The notes beneath the pieces are model-generated. The model was not told where the DNA came from and ran no database searches. It saw nothing but the letters and a program-made list of their open reading frames with translations. The translations under genes were made by a program, and so were the position numbers. This document shows, in pieces, positions 25,099 through 37,392 of a stretch of DNA of 64,000 bases (position 1 is the first letter of the stretch; the number at the start of each line of letters is the position of its first letter). The stretch comes from Octopus vulgaris (taxonomy: Eukaryota): contig OX597816.1 of assembly GCA_951406725.2 (NCBI GenBank), positions 146,754,001-146,818,000 of the forward strand, written 5' to 3'.

Positions 25099-25988
25099 TT
25101 AAATTATCTGTAATCGTTGCTTTCTGCGATTTTTTTATTTTCCGGTCTCCTGAAGATAAATAGCTTAAATTATATACTTCCTCTTCCTTTTTGTTTATAT
25201 TTCTTCATTTGTCAGAATATTCACACACACCTGCATACGTATATATATGTGTGTATGCGTTTATGACTAGATTCATTGAGTATTTAAAAGTAAAGGAATC
25301 ATGTAATATTCATTTATATAATTCATTTGTTATATAATCTTCTGCAGAAATAGACATAGGCTTTCGATAATCTAATTTTACATTATTTCAGGTACACATT
25401 GGTAGTTTGGCTGATTCTTTGTCCTAGGCATAAATTTTGCTCTATAGACCAATCGTGTACATGAACCACGTACGATTTATCTTTAACAAAAAAGTAGAAC
25501 TTTGCTTTGTTAATACCGCTTCATAGTTAGATTACTTCATATATGCCGTATGTATCATATATTTGCTCAAACCAACTTGAAGGTGTCTAATTTAATTTTT
25601 TCCATGTGCTATATTATCTCTGATTTGGCGCAGAATTCAACATAAAAGAAAAATTCTTTCAATAAAGAAAAACATATTTATCTTTGCAATTCTCAGAATG
25701 GCAAAATTCCACGAAATAAAGCAATATTTTTTTTTCGTAGACTTTTCCTGGATGAATAGTAATGTTTCGAGACATGTACAATTACCGCATCGAATATTAA
25801 TGAAATGTCATTCATAAAGATACATACGTACTTAGACTCATATTCATATGACGTGTGCAGCAAAACGCTATAGAATTACATGCACATACTTTTGAGGCCA
25901 TACATGTATGTGTGTGTGTATGCGAGTGTGTGAATGTGCGCGTTTATCTATACGATATATACATATATAAGACGTGTAACTTTTATGT

Positions 25989-26019
<31 letters not shown>

Positions 26020-26230
26020 GTAATTACTTTGCTTTTTTTTACTTTAATACTTGATCAGCTGACTCCGAGACCGATAGCATTCTTATTGATGGTACACTTC
26101 TATCGATCGATCGACCAATTGAGCAAACGGAACAATGATAGTACGATATGAATGCATATCAGAGACAGCTGTAAGTCTAAAATGCACACATAACTAAATG
26201 TATAAAGGCCCATTATTTATTCGTTTTCTA

Positions 26231-26332
<102 letters not shown>

Positions 26333-26963
26333 GGTGATGATGATTTGACTTAGGAATAAATTTGGTAATGAGCACTCAGCATAATTAGGCTTTTGAGTGA
26401 GACCTCATGTGAATACAGAGCATACTATCAATTAATGAGCAACAAGAGAACAGGTCTTACTTTACAACACCTTTTTCTATAGCAATTATTGCTCTCATAC
26501 TTGTGTGAATTTTTTAGCAGATATGTTTGTCGGAAAGAGAGAGCAGGTAGGGAGAGAGATAGAACAGAGAAATAATTATTTCTGATTTCAGCACGTTTCC
26601 AGTAATTAAAAAGGAAACAGGTTAATGGATCCCATCGAATGGGCACGTTATTTTATCGACTCCGAATTTATGGAAGACGAAAGTTGATCTCGGTTACATG
26701 GGAACGAAGAACTTCACGATCTGAAACAAATAATTCTTGTTCAGGCTCAATTGTGGCAATTTTGCAAGAGAGTGCTAGTCTCTATCGTGGACTTATATTT
26801 GAATACGAACATTACAAACATATTTTCCTCTGTCAATACTCATTCACTTTTCTGGAATGTCCACAATTATATTCTTTATTTGCAAATGAATTTCTTTGTC
26901 TTGCTGCATTGAATTAGGCAACTGTTTGAGAAAATGTTCAAACTCATTCCAATATCTTTAGAC

Positions 26964-26999
<36 letters not shown>

Positions 27000-27060
27000 A
27001 ATGACGACGACGATGACCATGACGACAGCGGCAATGACGACGATGAAGATGATGATGACA
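26964..27060 (+). repeat. (GAT)n microsatellite, degenerating to GAC
   Basis: Direct observation. Confidence 0.95.
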
Positions 27061-27489
27061 ATCTTTCTTTCATTTAGTGAACAGAAAACCCGTGCATATA
27101 TGCAACGACGCCTTATGATACAGGTTTTGCAGAACGAGTTAGGTTAAAAGAAATATATACAGTTATTTAAACGAGCATATCAATACAAAAAATACTTTAA
27201 AGATTTTAAAATTTAATCGTATAGCATAATTACACGCACACATTTTCTTCGGATGCAAGGCCAACATGTTTACATGTTTGGATAATACTTCAGCACTTAC
27301 CCTATTTTGTCCATAATTTTCTGTTTATCCTCGTTTTTGTAAGATTCTTAGTGTGAATTCGTGTGTCGAAACAAAGTATTTTGTACCTTGGGTCATTACG
27401 CTAATAATAATAAACAAACAGCTGATTGATTGTTGAACAAAAAGATTAAAAAGATTAAAAAGATTTTTGTTGCATGATGCCACACATCT

Positions 27490-27757
27490 GTGAGATGCTG
27501 AGCTCACCTTATACTCTCCGAGTGCTACACGTCGGATTTACTTCTATGGCTTGGTGCATGTCCTCGGAATCCACTGTTTTAAGACAACATGACCTAGTCT
27601 GATCATCGAGGATCATGAAACCTGAGCAAAATTTCTCGAACAATCTGCTTAGAGTACTCAGATCAACTTTTCCATCACCTTTCGTACAACAAATGTTTCT
27701 GGTTGTTTCGATTGCCCTATGACCCGGTTCTAACGCATAAGTTCCCAGATTAGACTA
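27490..27757 (-). mobile_element. Mariner transposase N-terminal fragment (second mariner family)
   Basis: Minus strand LEPGHRAIETTRNICCTKGDGKVDLSTLSRLFEKFCSGFMILDDQTRSCCLKTVDSEDMHQAIEVNPTCSTRRV*GELSIS resembles Hsmar1/Mos1-type HTH domains. Confidence 0.82.
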
Positions 27758-28036
27758 CCCATGCTTCCAAGGGTGAATTATCCAAACCCCAAAGAATTCC
27801 TCTCAACACATGACTATAATTCTCCCCCACTACTTCTGGTCCTGATCAGAGATGCACATATCGTCAGCCACTAAGAGACATGCTCAATGGGTTAAGTTCA
27901 AACAAATGAGAAGCAAATCTGTGGTACGGAGCAGAATATTTGCTGTAGCCTATCTTTTTTAGCAAGAGAAAACAATGTAAATGATAACACTTCCAATCAG
28001 TCAAGATTAGAAGCCACTGCTTGGTACTGTATCAAG
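27758..28036 (-). mobile_element. Partial copy of the (TAA)n-associated non-autonomous element
   Basis: Homologous to 28397-28686 (ggtgaattat.caaaccccaaagaat...gatcagagatgcacatatcgtcagc...ggtactg.atca). Confidence 0.85.
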
Positions 28037-28073
28037 TTATAATCATAGTTATTATTATTATTATTATTATTAC

Positions 28074-28134
<61 letters not shown>

Positions 28135-28688
28135 GAGTGAGAGAGCAGTTCATGCCATCAAAGTGACACTGGGGTAAAATATACGAAGCCCAATATACCC
28201 ATCATGACTACCCGTCTGATAAAGGTACACCAGGCACATGCATCACAACCATATGTGCGCGACATGGTGATCTCATATCAAGATAAACAGCACATGACCT
28301 TGCAGGTGGAGCCCAGTTAGAATTTTCTTCAGGTTGAGTAGCCCATCCTGCTCAAAAGGTCCCTGAATAAGAGTTGCTTTAGGATGTTGAACGAAACACC
28401 TATGTTTCCAGAGGTGAATTATTCAAACCCCAAAGAATCCCTCTCAACACATGACCATGATGCTCCCCCACTACTTCTGCTCGTGATCAGAGATGCACAT
28501 ATCGTCAGCTACTAAGGGACATGCTCAACTGGTTAAGGCCAAACAACTGACAAGCAAATCTGTGGTATTGAGCAGAATATTTGCTGTAGCCCATCTTTTA
28601 TACCAAGACAAAACAATGTACATGATAACACATCCAATCAGTTAAGATCAGAAGCCATGAGAGCCACTGCCTGGTACTGCATCAGGGC

Positions 28689-28690
<2 letters not shown>
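28135..28690 (-). mobile_element. ~555-bp non-coding interspersed element embedded in (TAA)n; putative non-autonomous retroelement
   Basis: Flanked on both sides by long (TTA)n tracts (28050-28134, 28691-28766). Two further copies lie nearby. The orientation is inferred from the 5'-truncated copy at 30638. Confidence 0.8.
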
Positions 28691-28766
<76 letters not shown>

Positions 28767-30568
28767 GATTAGTATTATTAGATTAAATGTAATAATCGCA
28801 GAAATAAAAACTGTGTATTAAATCAGTACATTCACCTAAAATAAAAAGTATGAACTATTATACGACGTACTTGTTTGCTTTTAAGAATTTGGCAAGACTC
28901 TAAAGATAGCATCACTGTACATTATGAGGTTGCATAGATGAGAAATATTTAGACACACACATATTATTTGAAAAGTATACCTCATACTTTCTTTCATCAG
29001 TACGATCAATAGTGTTGAATAGTATTTTCAAAATACTATTATTAATTCACGAAAGAGGAAGCAACATTCTGAACAACTGCCAATAGTCTAGCACTGTCTA
29101 TAAACCTGCATACTTGAAGGTTATTAAAAGATAATTAGATATCGGTGTTTGTGTAAGGTTTTGAAGGGTTTAGTAAGTTGTCAGCCAAATATAGACTGGA
29201 AGCAGGAACCAATTATTTAGAAGATACAAACAAAATTCGTATATTTCTGTGCCAATAAATTGATCCTTCATCATATATGGAAATCAATTTGAATTATTAC
29301 TGAATAAAGATAGCAGAAATTATCTCACGCATAAACCGCTGACGAACCTCATTATCATACGAAAATAATTGTTATAAATCTAGGAGGACGATATCGAAGT
29401 GAGACCTGTTACATACAAATATTGTTGCTTCTTTTTCGCTAGAGCAGGCAGGCTCAGAGTGTTAAACATGATGCCGCGGGATAATGTGCTTAAAGAGTAT
29501 AAACATCGAAATCACAACTTGCATTTCAACTACAGATTGCAGTCACCTGAATGTCATATAGTATAATCAATTTTCCAGTACATTATACATCTAAAGAATA
29601 ATTAATTTATAAAAGAAAACATGGGAAAGCAAAGTGTACACAGTGAGTGGACTGGTTTTCAACCCGCACATAAGACAAATTCCATCCTTTACCGAGATTT
29701 GATCCTTTGATGAAGAAGATTCTTTATGAAGTTATATTACTGCGAAATCTTATCTGACTCTGTAGTTCAGATCAATACCTACTTCAACTTTTTCCTGATT
29801 CCGGAGACAGATAGTCTCGGAGCTACTTACGGTTTCAATTCTTTCAATTGTACAAGCCATTACGTATACGAATCCGCGAAAGCTTCTTTGCATTTTCTTC
29901 TCCAGATATACAAATGACATTGTTAAACTGATCTCTTGAACGGGAAATGAGAAAATATAATGTGTACAACATGATCAACAACAAAGAAAATTTGAATTGC
30001 AGCATTCCGATGACACCAAATTTTCTCTTTTTCTCATTCCCCATCTTTCTTTCTCTCTCCCTCTCCTTCTGTTCAGTGTCCGACTCAATGGCGCTGAAAA
30101 AACATATTTCCTATCAACTTACATACGAAATATACAGGGTTCAATTTGTGCGTTTCTGATCAGCAATATCTATTATTATCAAGAGTACTTACGTTCGAAA
30201 TATCAGCAGATGAAATAAAGTACGAGATAAAGCCGATATGGCCAAAAAATTTCAAAAGATTCTAAAAGATAACGCTTATCTAAAGCGTAACGGATTCCTT
30301 TGTCATAAACTCCTGCAAAATATTTTTTCTAGATCATTGACACTGCTACCTGTACACAATCTTCTATTTATTGTCTACAATTTAATCACAAAATCTGAAA
30401 TGTTGAGACACGGTATAACAGTTGTTATAATCGCCAGAAAAATCGACTGACAATCAACCACGCATAATATCTCTAACCTTCCGCAGGGACTGAAATTTTG
30501 GTTTAAAGTGTTAAGCACCATATTCTGCCATTAATAATGATAACAACAACAACAATAATAATAACGAT

Positions 30569-30637
<69 letters not shown>

Positions 30638-31040
30638 TCGGTTGTTTGACATTAACTAGTTGAGCATAACCATTGTGGCTGACAATATGTACATCTCTGA
30701 TCAGGAGCAGAAGTAAGTGGGGAACATTATAGTCATGTGTTGAGAGGAATTCTTTGGGGTTTGGATAATTCATCTCTGGAAACATGAGCGTTTCGTTCAA
30801 CTTCCTTAAATAACCCTTATTTAGGGACCTTTCGAGCGGGATGGGCTACTCAATCTGAAAACAAATTCTAACTGGTCGTGCGCTGTTTAGTTTGATATAA
30901 GATAACCATTTCACGCACATATGTTTATGATGCATGTGTTTGGTGTATCCTTCTCAGACGGGTATTCATGATGGGTATACTGGGCCTCGTCTATTTTACG
31001 TCAGTGTCACTGTGATGGCATGCTCTGCTCTCTCACTCAA
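30638..31040 (+). mobile_element. 5'-truncated copy of the (TAA)n-associated element
   Basis: Reverse-complement homolog of 28135-28550. It starts in (TAA)n (30531-30637) and ends ctctcactcaatgataataat. Confidence 0.85.
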
Positions 31041-31064
31041 TGATAATAATCATAATACGCACTA

Positions 31065-31180
31065 TATAAAAATAGCCATGCTAGGAACAGCCCACATCCT
31101 ACCCAAGACACTATCATTTCAATAATACAGCCTGAATAAAACAACGCACAAACACAAGGCACTCACTATACAGTAATTAT
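31065..31180 (+). mobile_element. Extreme 3' end of an R4/Dong-type LINE
   Basis: KIAMLGTAHILPKTLSFQ* matches the QKxxLLGTAxILRxVL C-terminus also seen at ~16260-16310 (minus strand). Confidence 0.65.
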
Positions 31181-31559
31181 CCATTGAAATAAACTTCCAC
31201 CTGCAAGCTAGATAACCGACACGTTACACACTCAACACACATCATTACAAGCAATAATACAGCAAAAGACTCCATACACCTCAAGAGAAAAAATGATGCA
31301 TAACAATAATGGGAAGTGTTTGTACACTCCTAACGAGAGAAAAGAAGACACAATGAAGCACACACTCCAGTAATAAGTAGGTGTAGCAAGTGATACAGTA
31401 GAAAGTTGTTTAAAACTGAAATAACACCTACAACAACATGATGGGTATCGAAAATGTGACACATCCCCAAAACATTTAAGACAGAAGTTGACGGATATAT
31501 ATATTAAACGTCTGGAAAATAAAAACGATACATGGACAATACATCGGAAAAATGGAAGG

Positions 31560-32540
31560 AAAAGACAAAATACAACTCTGGATGTGGATATAAGAGTGCT
31601 TGTAATTTACTCAAGTGCCAAATATATAATATATATTTACAGAAAAATCGATGGAGTGTAGCAAAAACAGAGTTAATTTACTTTCCTGCAGGAACAGTTA
31701 GGATATGTTAACGTACAGAGTGGTATACTTCTCGGAGACAGCTTATTGCCACGCTTATTTGTCATTCGCATGATCACTCTGAATCAAGTCCTTAGAAAAG
31801 TGAAAATGGGATATGTGCTTGATGGTATCACGCTCAACCATGTATTATTCATGAGTTATAGGCATTGAGAATAGAAAAGCATGAAATTGAAAGCTTAACA
31901 TCTACTATACACCTGATTAGTCAGGAAATTGGGATGAAGTTTGGGCTAAATGTGGTTTTGAAATCCTGAAAGGTGGAAAACAATCAAAGAGTAGGGTAAT
32001 TGAGACTGTGAATGGCCAGATTATTAAAGAAGTGGAAGATGAAGGATATAAGTATTCGGGAGTCTTTGAGTTGGATAAGATCAAAGAGAAGTAAATGAAG
32101 ATGCTTAAAAAAGAACATCTCAGGCGGGTGAAACTTTTAATGTTCTCTGAATTGAATGATAGGAATAAGATCAACGCAATGAATATATAGGCCTTATCCT
32201 TCATGCGCTACGGAGCAGAAGCTATTAAAAGGGGGAAAACCGAATTAGAAAGTATTAATAGAAAAACTAAGCAATTGATGACAGTGCATAACTAATTCCA
32301 TCCAAGGTTTAATTTGCAAGACATTATTGTTGGAAGAAAGAAAGGAGGTAGAGGAAATGTGTTAAAAGCGAGGAAAACAACCTAGTTTGGTACAACTAAA
32401 GGGCAACGTCATGTCAAAAGTAAGACACCTCTAAAATCTGTTAATGCAGTAAAACCGAATGGATGCAAAAAAAAAAAAAAAAATGAGTGAAACAGTATTC
32501 GTAAACAAATGTAAGGACAAACTAGACATAAAGTGGGCAT
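31560..32540 (+). mobile_element. Degenerate R4/Dong-clade RT fragment
   Basis: LGYVNVQSGILLGDSLLPRLFVIRMITLNQVLRKVKMGY...LNHVLFM, IGMKFG, YKYSGVFELD, LNDRNKINAMN, MRYGA, INRKTKQLMT. Confidence 0.85.
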
Positions 32541-32589
32541 AGAATTGAGATGTAGGTTTTGATGATTCCAGTGGTGATCGGAGCTTTAG

Positions 32590-32950
32590 GGTGAATATCG
32601 TCTGTCGCTACGTTCTGAGTTCATATGCTCCCTTTCATCATTTCGGGGTCGATTAAATAAGTACCAGTTACGCATTGGGGTCGCTATACTCGAGTTAATC
32701 CCCTCCCCCAATCTACCCTTGTGGCAAAATTTTTTATTATTATAATTAATAATTATTATTATTATTATTAATAGAACTGTTAGCACGCCGGGCGAGAGGC
32801 TTAGCGGTATTTCGTCTGTCGCTACGTTTTGAGATCAAATTCTGCCGAGGTCGACTTTGCATTTCATCCTTTTGGAGGTCGATAAATTAAATAATCGGCT
32901 TGCCCCTCACCCAAATTTTAGGCGTTGTGCCTATAATGGAAAGATTAATA
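32590..32950 (+). mobile_element. Two tandem SINE family C copies (32590-32730, 32770-32950) separated by (ATT)n
   Basis: Both contain ctacgtt.tgag.tca...tttcatc.ttt.gg.gtcgat.aa.taa. Confidence 0.8.
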
Positions 32951-32965
32951 ATATTACTATTATTC

Positions 32966-33375
32966 TTACTCAGTTCTATATTTCTTCGGGAAATTTTGAA
33001 CCTGTTTTTTTATGTTGTTATTAAGGCCACTGGAATCGAACTCAGAATCTTGAGGTTTGTAGCCCGCGGTCTTAACCACGCCATATGTCCGTGGGCAATT
33101 ATGGAGTGAATGTTAGGGCTTATAAATCTAATATTATCCTATCCTTCCCATATGCTCTTCATATCTGCAATTGGTCTGCTTAGGCGGTTGTTGTGACCTA
33201 GCATATGTGCTGCTTCTTTTAGTTTTCGTATTTTCCAGTGGTGTTCTGTCTATTATTTTAATTTCATCCCTCAGGGGGAGATGGTCTCCATTTTTCCATA
33301 CATGATCAGTTATGTCCGATTTATCAATATCTCCCCGTGTCACGGCTTTACGATATTCTTCTACCTTTATTTTGA
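32966..33375 (-). mobile_element. Penelope-like element 3' fragment: GIY-YIG endonuclease C-terminus, tRNA-like segment and start of pLTR
   Basis: Minus strand VEEYRKAVTRGDIDKSDITDHVWKNGDHLPLRDEIKIIDR/HWKIRKLKEAAHMLGHNNRLSRP...IW fits the PLE GIY-YIG C-terminal pattern (EH..KSAxxEHxW..H...I.D...R..KEA.HI). The downstream sequence matches 24311-24347 and 24459-24471. Confidence 0.78.
33025..33090 (-). promoter_or_regulatory. tRNA-like Pol III promoter cassette (degenerate A box, good B box)
   Basis: Minus strand ggacatatggcgtggttaagaccgcgggctacaaacctcaagattctGAGTTCGATTCCagtggcc. It is not a complete tRNA. Confidence 0.6.
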
Positions 33376-33562
33376 AGTGATGTATTACTTTTTAATACTG
33401 TCCTGATGTGATATGGGTCACATATCTTTTTGTATCTTTTCGGAGAGACCTTTCACATAGAGTAGACAGACTGTGGACAGTTTATCGGTTTCATTCTTTC
33501 TTTTACTTCATAACTGGAGTGGAGAGTATGCTCCAATAGCATACTATCAAGCGCATACTAAC

Positions 33563-34020
33563 AGGTGCATTCGTGGTTGTATGGTAAGAAGCTTCTTCCT
33601 AACCACATGTTCCAGGGTTCAATTCCACTGTAGTCGGGTTGACCAAATCCTTGTAAGTGAATTTGGTAGCTGGAAGCTGAATTAAGTCTGATGTATGTGA
33701 GTGTGTATGTGTGTGTTAGTGAGTGTGTGTGTGCGAGTGAGTGTGTGTATGTTAGTGAGTGTGTGAGTGGGGGGGATCGTGTACGTATGTGTGTGAGTGT
33801 GCGCGCACACGTGTGTGTGTGTCTGCATGTGTGTCTTTCTGTCTGTTTGTTTCCCACTACAACTTGACAAACTGTGCTGGTGTATTTACGTCCCCGTAAA
33901 GTAGCGGTTCAGTAATAGTGACTGATAGACTAAGTACGTGGCTTTAAACATGTAAGTTCTTGGACTAAAATTTTTTCACTGCCATAGCATGGCCACAGAC
34001 AAACAAATAAAAGATAAATA
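33563..34020 (+). mobile_element. SINE family A with expanded internal TG repeat
   Basis: gtggttgtatggtaagaagc...gggttcaattccactg...atagcatggccacagacaaacaaataaaag. Confidence 0.8.
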
Positions 34021-34811
34021 GAAATGTAAAATTATATACTCCTCCGTAGCTACAATCTAGATTATACTCTGGCCCTTCAGAACACTGTGCGTCTAGCATT
34101 CCTGTATACAAGTCATACTCCCAGAAATATCAATTCCTGAACGTAAACTTGTGGAACTAGAATGTCAGCGTATAAAGGTAGGAAATTCATTCACATTCTT
34201 CAGTTAGTTATTCGCTAGCAATCTAAGCTACGATTTTACAATTTGCTTTAATTTTTTTTTTTTTTTTTTTGATTAAGTATGCAGGACCTCCAGTCACTTC
34301 TCCAGTAACAGGTTCAGAAAGTACAACGTGTTCTCCTTGAATATTTATCTCACTGAAACCACTATAGAAACTGGAGTGGTCTGTTAGCCACTTAATCTTT
34401 GTATGCTGTTCACTGGATCTTTGTCATTCATAAAGGAAATATGTTTACCCTTTCACTTTGAAAATTTTAATCTGGGGATATTATTCACTATTTGTTTCAC
34501 TAACATGAATCATTTAATATGGTAGGTTTTCTTGGTTCTTTTTTATCTTCGCCTCCCAGTTTGTTGTATATCTTGTTGGTTCCTCGTTCTTTGAACTGAG
34601 GGCTAGGAAATTAGTTTAAGTTTTGTAGTTACGGCATAAGTTCCTATGAAAACGGACGCATCTCTGACTTATCATTAAAACCATGTTCACTCTCTTACTG
34701 TCATAACTCTATGAAATGTAAAGAAAGGTCATCTAGTTCTCGGATAACAGATAGGTATATCTGCTTATGAAAGTGTTTCTAAAACTGCTTTGGCTATTTC
34801 GTCACTTGCTT

Positions 34812-34867
<56 letters not shown>

Positions 34868-35176
34868 AAGCTGAATCCATAACTATCAAAGTCTGGCAAA
34901 TATAAAATAAATATAAATCAAAACTAGAAATGATAAGGAATATCTTGTAAGATGCTGTTGCCCGGAAGGTATATACTGGTATCTATTATTGTTTAAAATG
35001 TTCCCGTATTGTATGAAATTAATTGGCGTAACAGGCACCATGTATCCTTTTAGTATTTATATTCATGCACACATCCAAATGCAAATATACGTATATATGT
35101 GTGTGAATACAAACATATATACATACACACACAAACACACACACTGACACACGTGCGCATACAGACATACGCACAC

Positions 35177-35235
<59 letters not shown>

Positions 35236-36989
35236 TGTTTGTATTCATGTGACTACGTAAGCACACATTCGCACAACTGTGTACTCAGTTACACACGAAC
35301 TCAAATACACACGCACACATATATCGTTGTAGGTTTGTGTGAATCGAGAGAGAGAGAGGGAGTAAGACAGTAAGAGAGAGAGGTAGAGAAAAAAGTTGAA
35401 AAACTTGGGAGACTGAAGTGATTAATTTGATATGCTTAGTCACAAATTTTATTTTCATAATAGAAACAAACATATGGTGTGTTCTCAACAGATATTTTAC
35501 CAGCACAGAATTAATATTAAGGCTTAAGAAAATTCACTATCGTCGCAATATGCTTTTCAACTTGTAGAAAGGAGTAAATAACTGTACTAGAATAAAAATC
35601 GATAGTTTGGTTGAAGTAGTAGTATTTAACTAAATGTGTTATCACATAAAACTGTAGAATCCGGTAAGACTAACACTTGTCTCAATTGGCAAATAGTAAA
35701 GCAAAATGTTCAAAAATTGGAATAAATTTCATGCCACGATGAAGAAGGGAAGTCTAACATACCAGGCAGAATATTTTATAATGTTTAGCTTTGTCCCTCT
35801 CAGTACACATTACAAATATCTCCAGATTTAAAAACCCTTTTCAAGGTAGATGATATAAATAGCGTCAGTGCATATGCTTCGATTGAATTGTTTATAACGT
35901 AAAAGTAATAATTTGGCTTTGCGCCTAGTTAAAAAAAATATAATCATTAAGTATTGATGACTAAGCCAGATAAGTTTTAATCTTTACTAAAACATCTTCT
36001 ATACCTTTCTTTCTTATACGTGTATCTTTGAAAAAAAAATTGGCACAAGTACAACAGTATTGCTAAGGTACGTTGTTAAAATAATAAGGTCGAATAAACA
36101 GTCTGTATTTAAGGTGCCAATTTACAAACAGATATTAAGTTATGTTACCCATAAAAACTAAGAAAATTCTGTATTTTCTTCTAGAAATTATGTGTTTGTG
36201 TGTGTATGTCTGTGTGTGTGTATGTGTGTGCGTGTGTGTGCGCGTCCGTGTGTTGTGCGTTATGCATGCGTGGATGAGTTTATATGGTTGCATATTTGTA
36301 TGTACGTATTATGTATGTATATCGCTCCCCAGACGATTTAACGTTGCCGGGAATGTTTTCCAAGTTCTTCATAGATGCGGCTCATGTCTCCAGTTTTATG
36401 AGCATGTCTCCTGATGATTGAAATTAACTGCTGTTCAGAAATTAAGAAGGGATCTCTTCCTTGTCATAGAAATCGCTATTGAAGTCTCCTTTCTTTTTCT
36501 TTTTTCTTTTCCGATCTTTTAAAATACTCTTCGCCTCCAGAGGAAGAGTCATAATTACCAAATGATAATTATGACAAGCTCCGCTTCAAAAAGTTGGAGA
36601 TGAGATCATCTCAAGATGCAAGAATTTCTCATAAATTAGCATGCCATTAAGGAAAAGGAATAACGCATAGTTTGTGGATAAGAGGACAGCTGCTGATACC
36701 AGTTCCTAGCTCCTGGATAAGAGGATAGTTGCTGATACCTGTTACTAGCTCAATACCCATTAGCAGCACAACAATCGCCCAACATCATCACTAATAACCA
36801 AAAGACTTAGATTTCTCTTAAACAGAATAAAAACGGTTATGACCTAAGTAATCGGCATAATTTAAACAAAAAGTGTTAAGGGGCACGCATTTGCATAATA
36901 TAGACATGTATATCGTTATGGTTATGGTCACTGATCACTTTAACCATAACACATTTTACATCCTCGATATCTGGCATCCTCGCGCATCT

Positions 36990-37376
36990 TCGATATTTTT
37001 CTCAGTTCTGCAGGTTGCAGGCCTCTCTGAACGTTCCTCTCTATCGACATTTTTTTCGGCCGTCTTTGAAACGCCTGAACTACTCGTACAGATGTGTGCG
37101 GCTTATACAATTATTTCCATATACTTTCTGCAATTTTGTGTAGGCCTTTGAACAGGTATCGCTATGACAACTTTGTATATCATAGTCAATGCGACGATCA
37201 GACGTTACATACGTAAATTCGAAACATTGCTGTAAAGAGAAGTGACCTAGAATGTTAAAACTTAGTGCACATGCACAGCAGAGGTCAAGGTCAATCTGTA
37301 CCAAGCAGCTTCACTCTGGGTGTTTTAGCTTCGTTACTATAGCAGCAGTACTCATATTTACTGATCAGACCTAGTA
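36990..37376 (-). mobile_element. Mariner left end and N-terminal fragment (same family as 2783-3603)
   Basis: KAYTKLQKVYGNNCISRTHLYE...FKDGRKNVDRE. The TIR reads tactaggtctgatcagtaaatatg on the minus strand. Confidence 0.82.
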
Positions 37377-37392
37377 TGTGTATATATACATA

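Noticed and set aside
28470-28520. CTGACGA...GAAG on the minus strand of the TAA element as a hammerhead
   Set aside because: No GAAA and no consistent helices I and III.
29338-29375. CTGACGA...GAAA spaced like a hammerhead
   Set aside because: The intervening sequence cannot form helix II and the flanks do not pair.
33025-33090. Functional tRNA gene
   Set aside because: The D-arm/A-box is truncated and the acceptor stem is not properly paired. It is kept only as a tRNA-like cassette.
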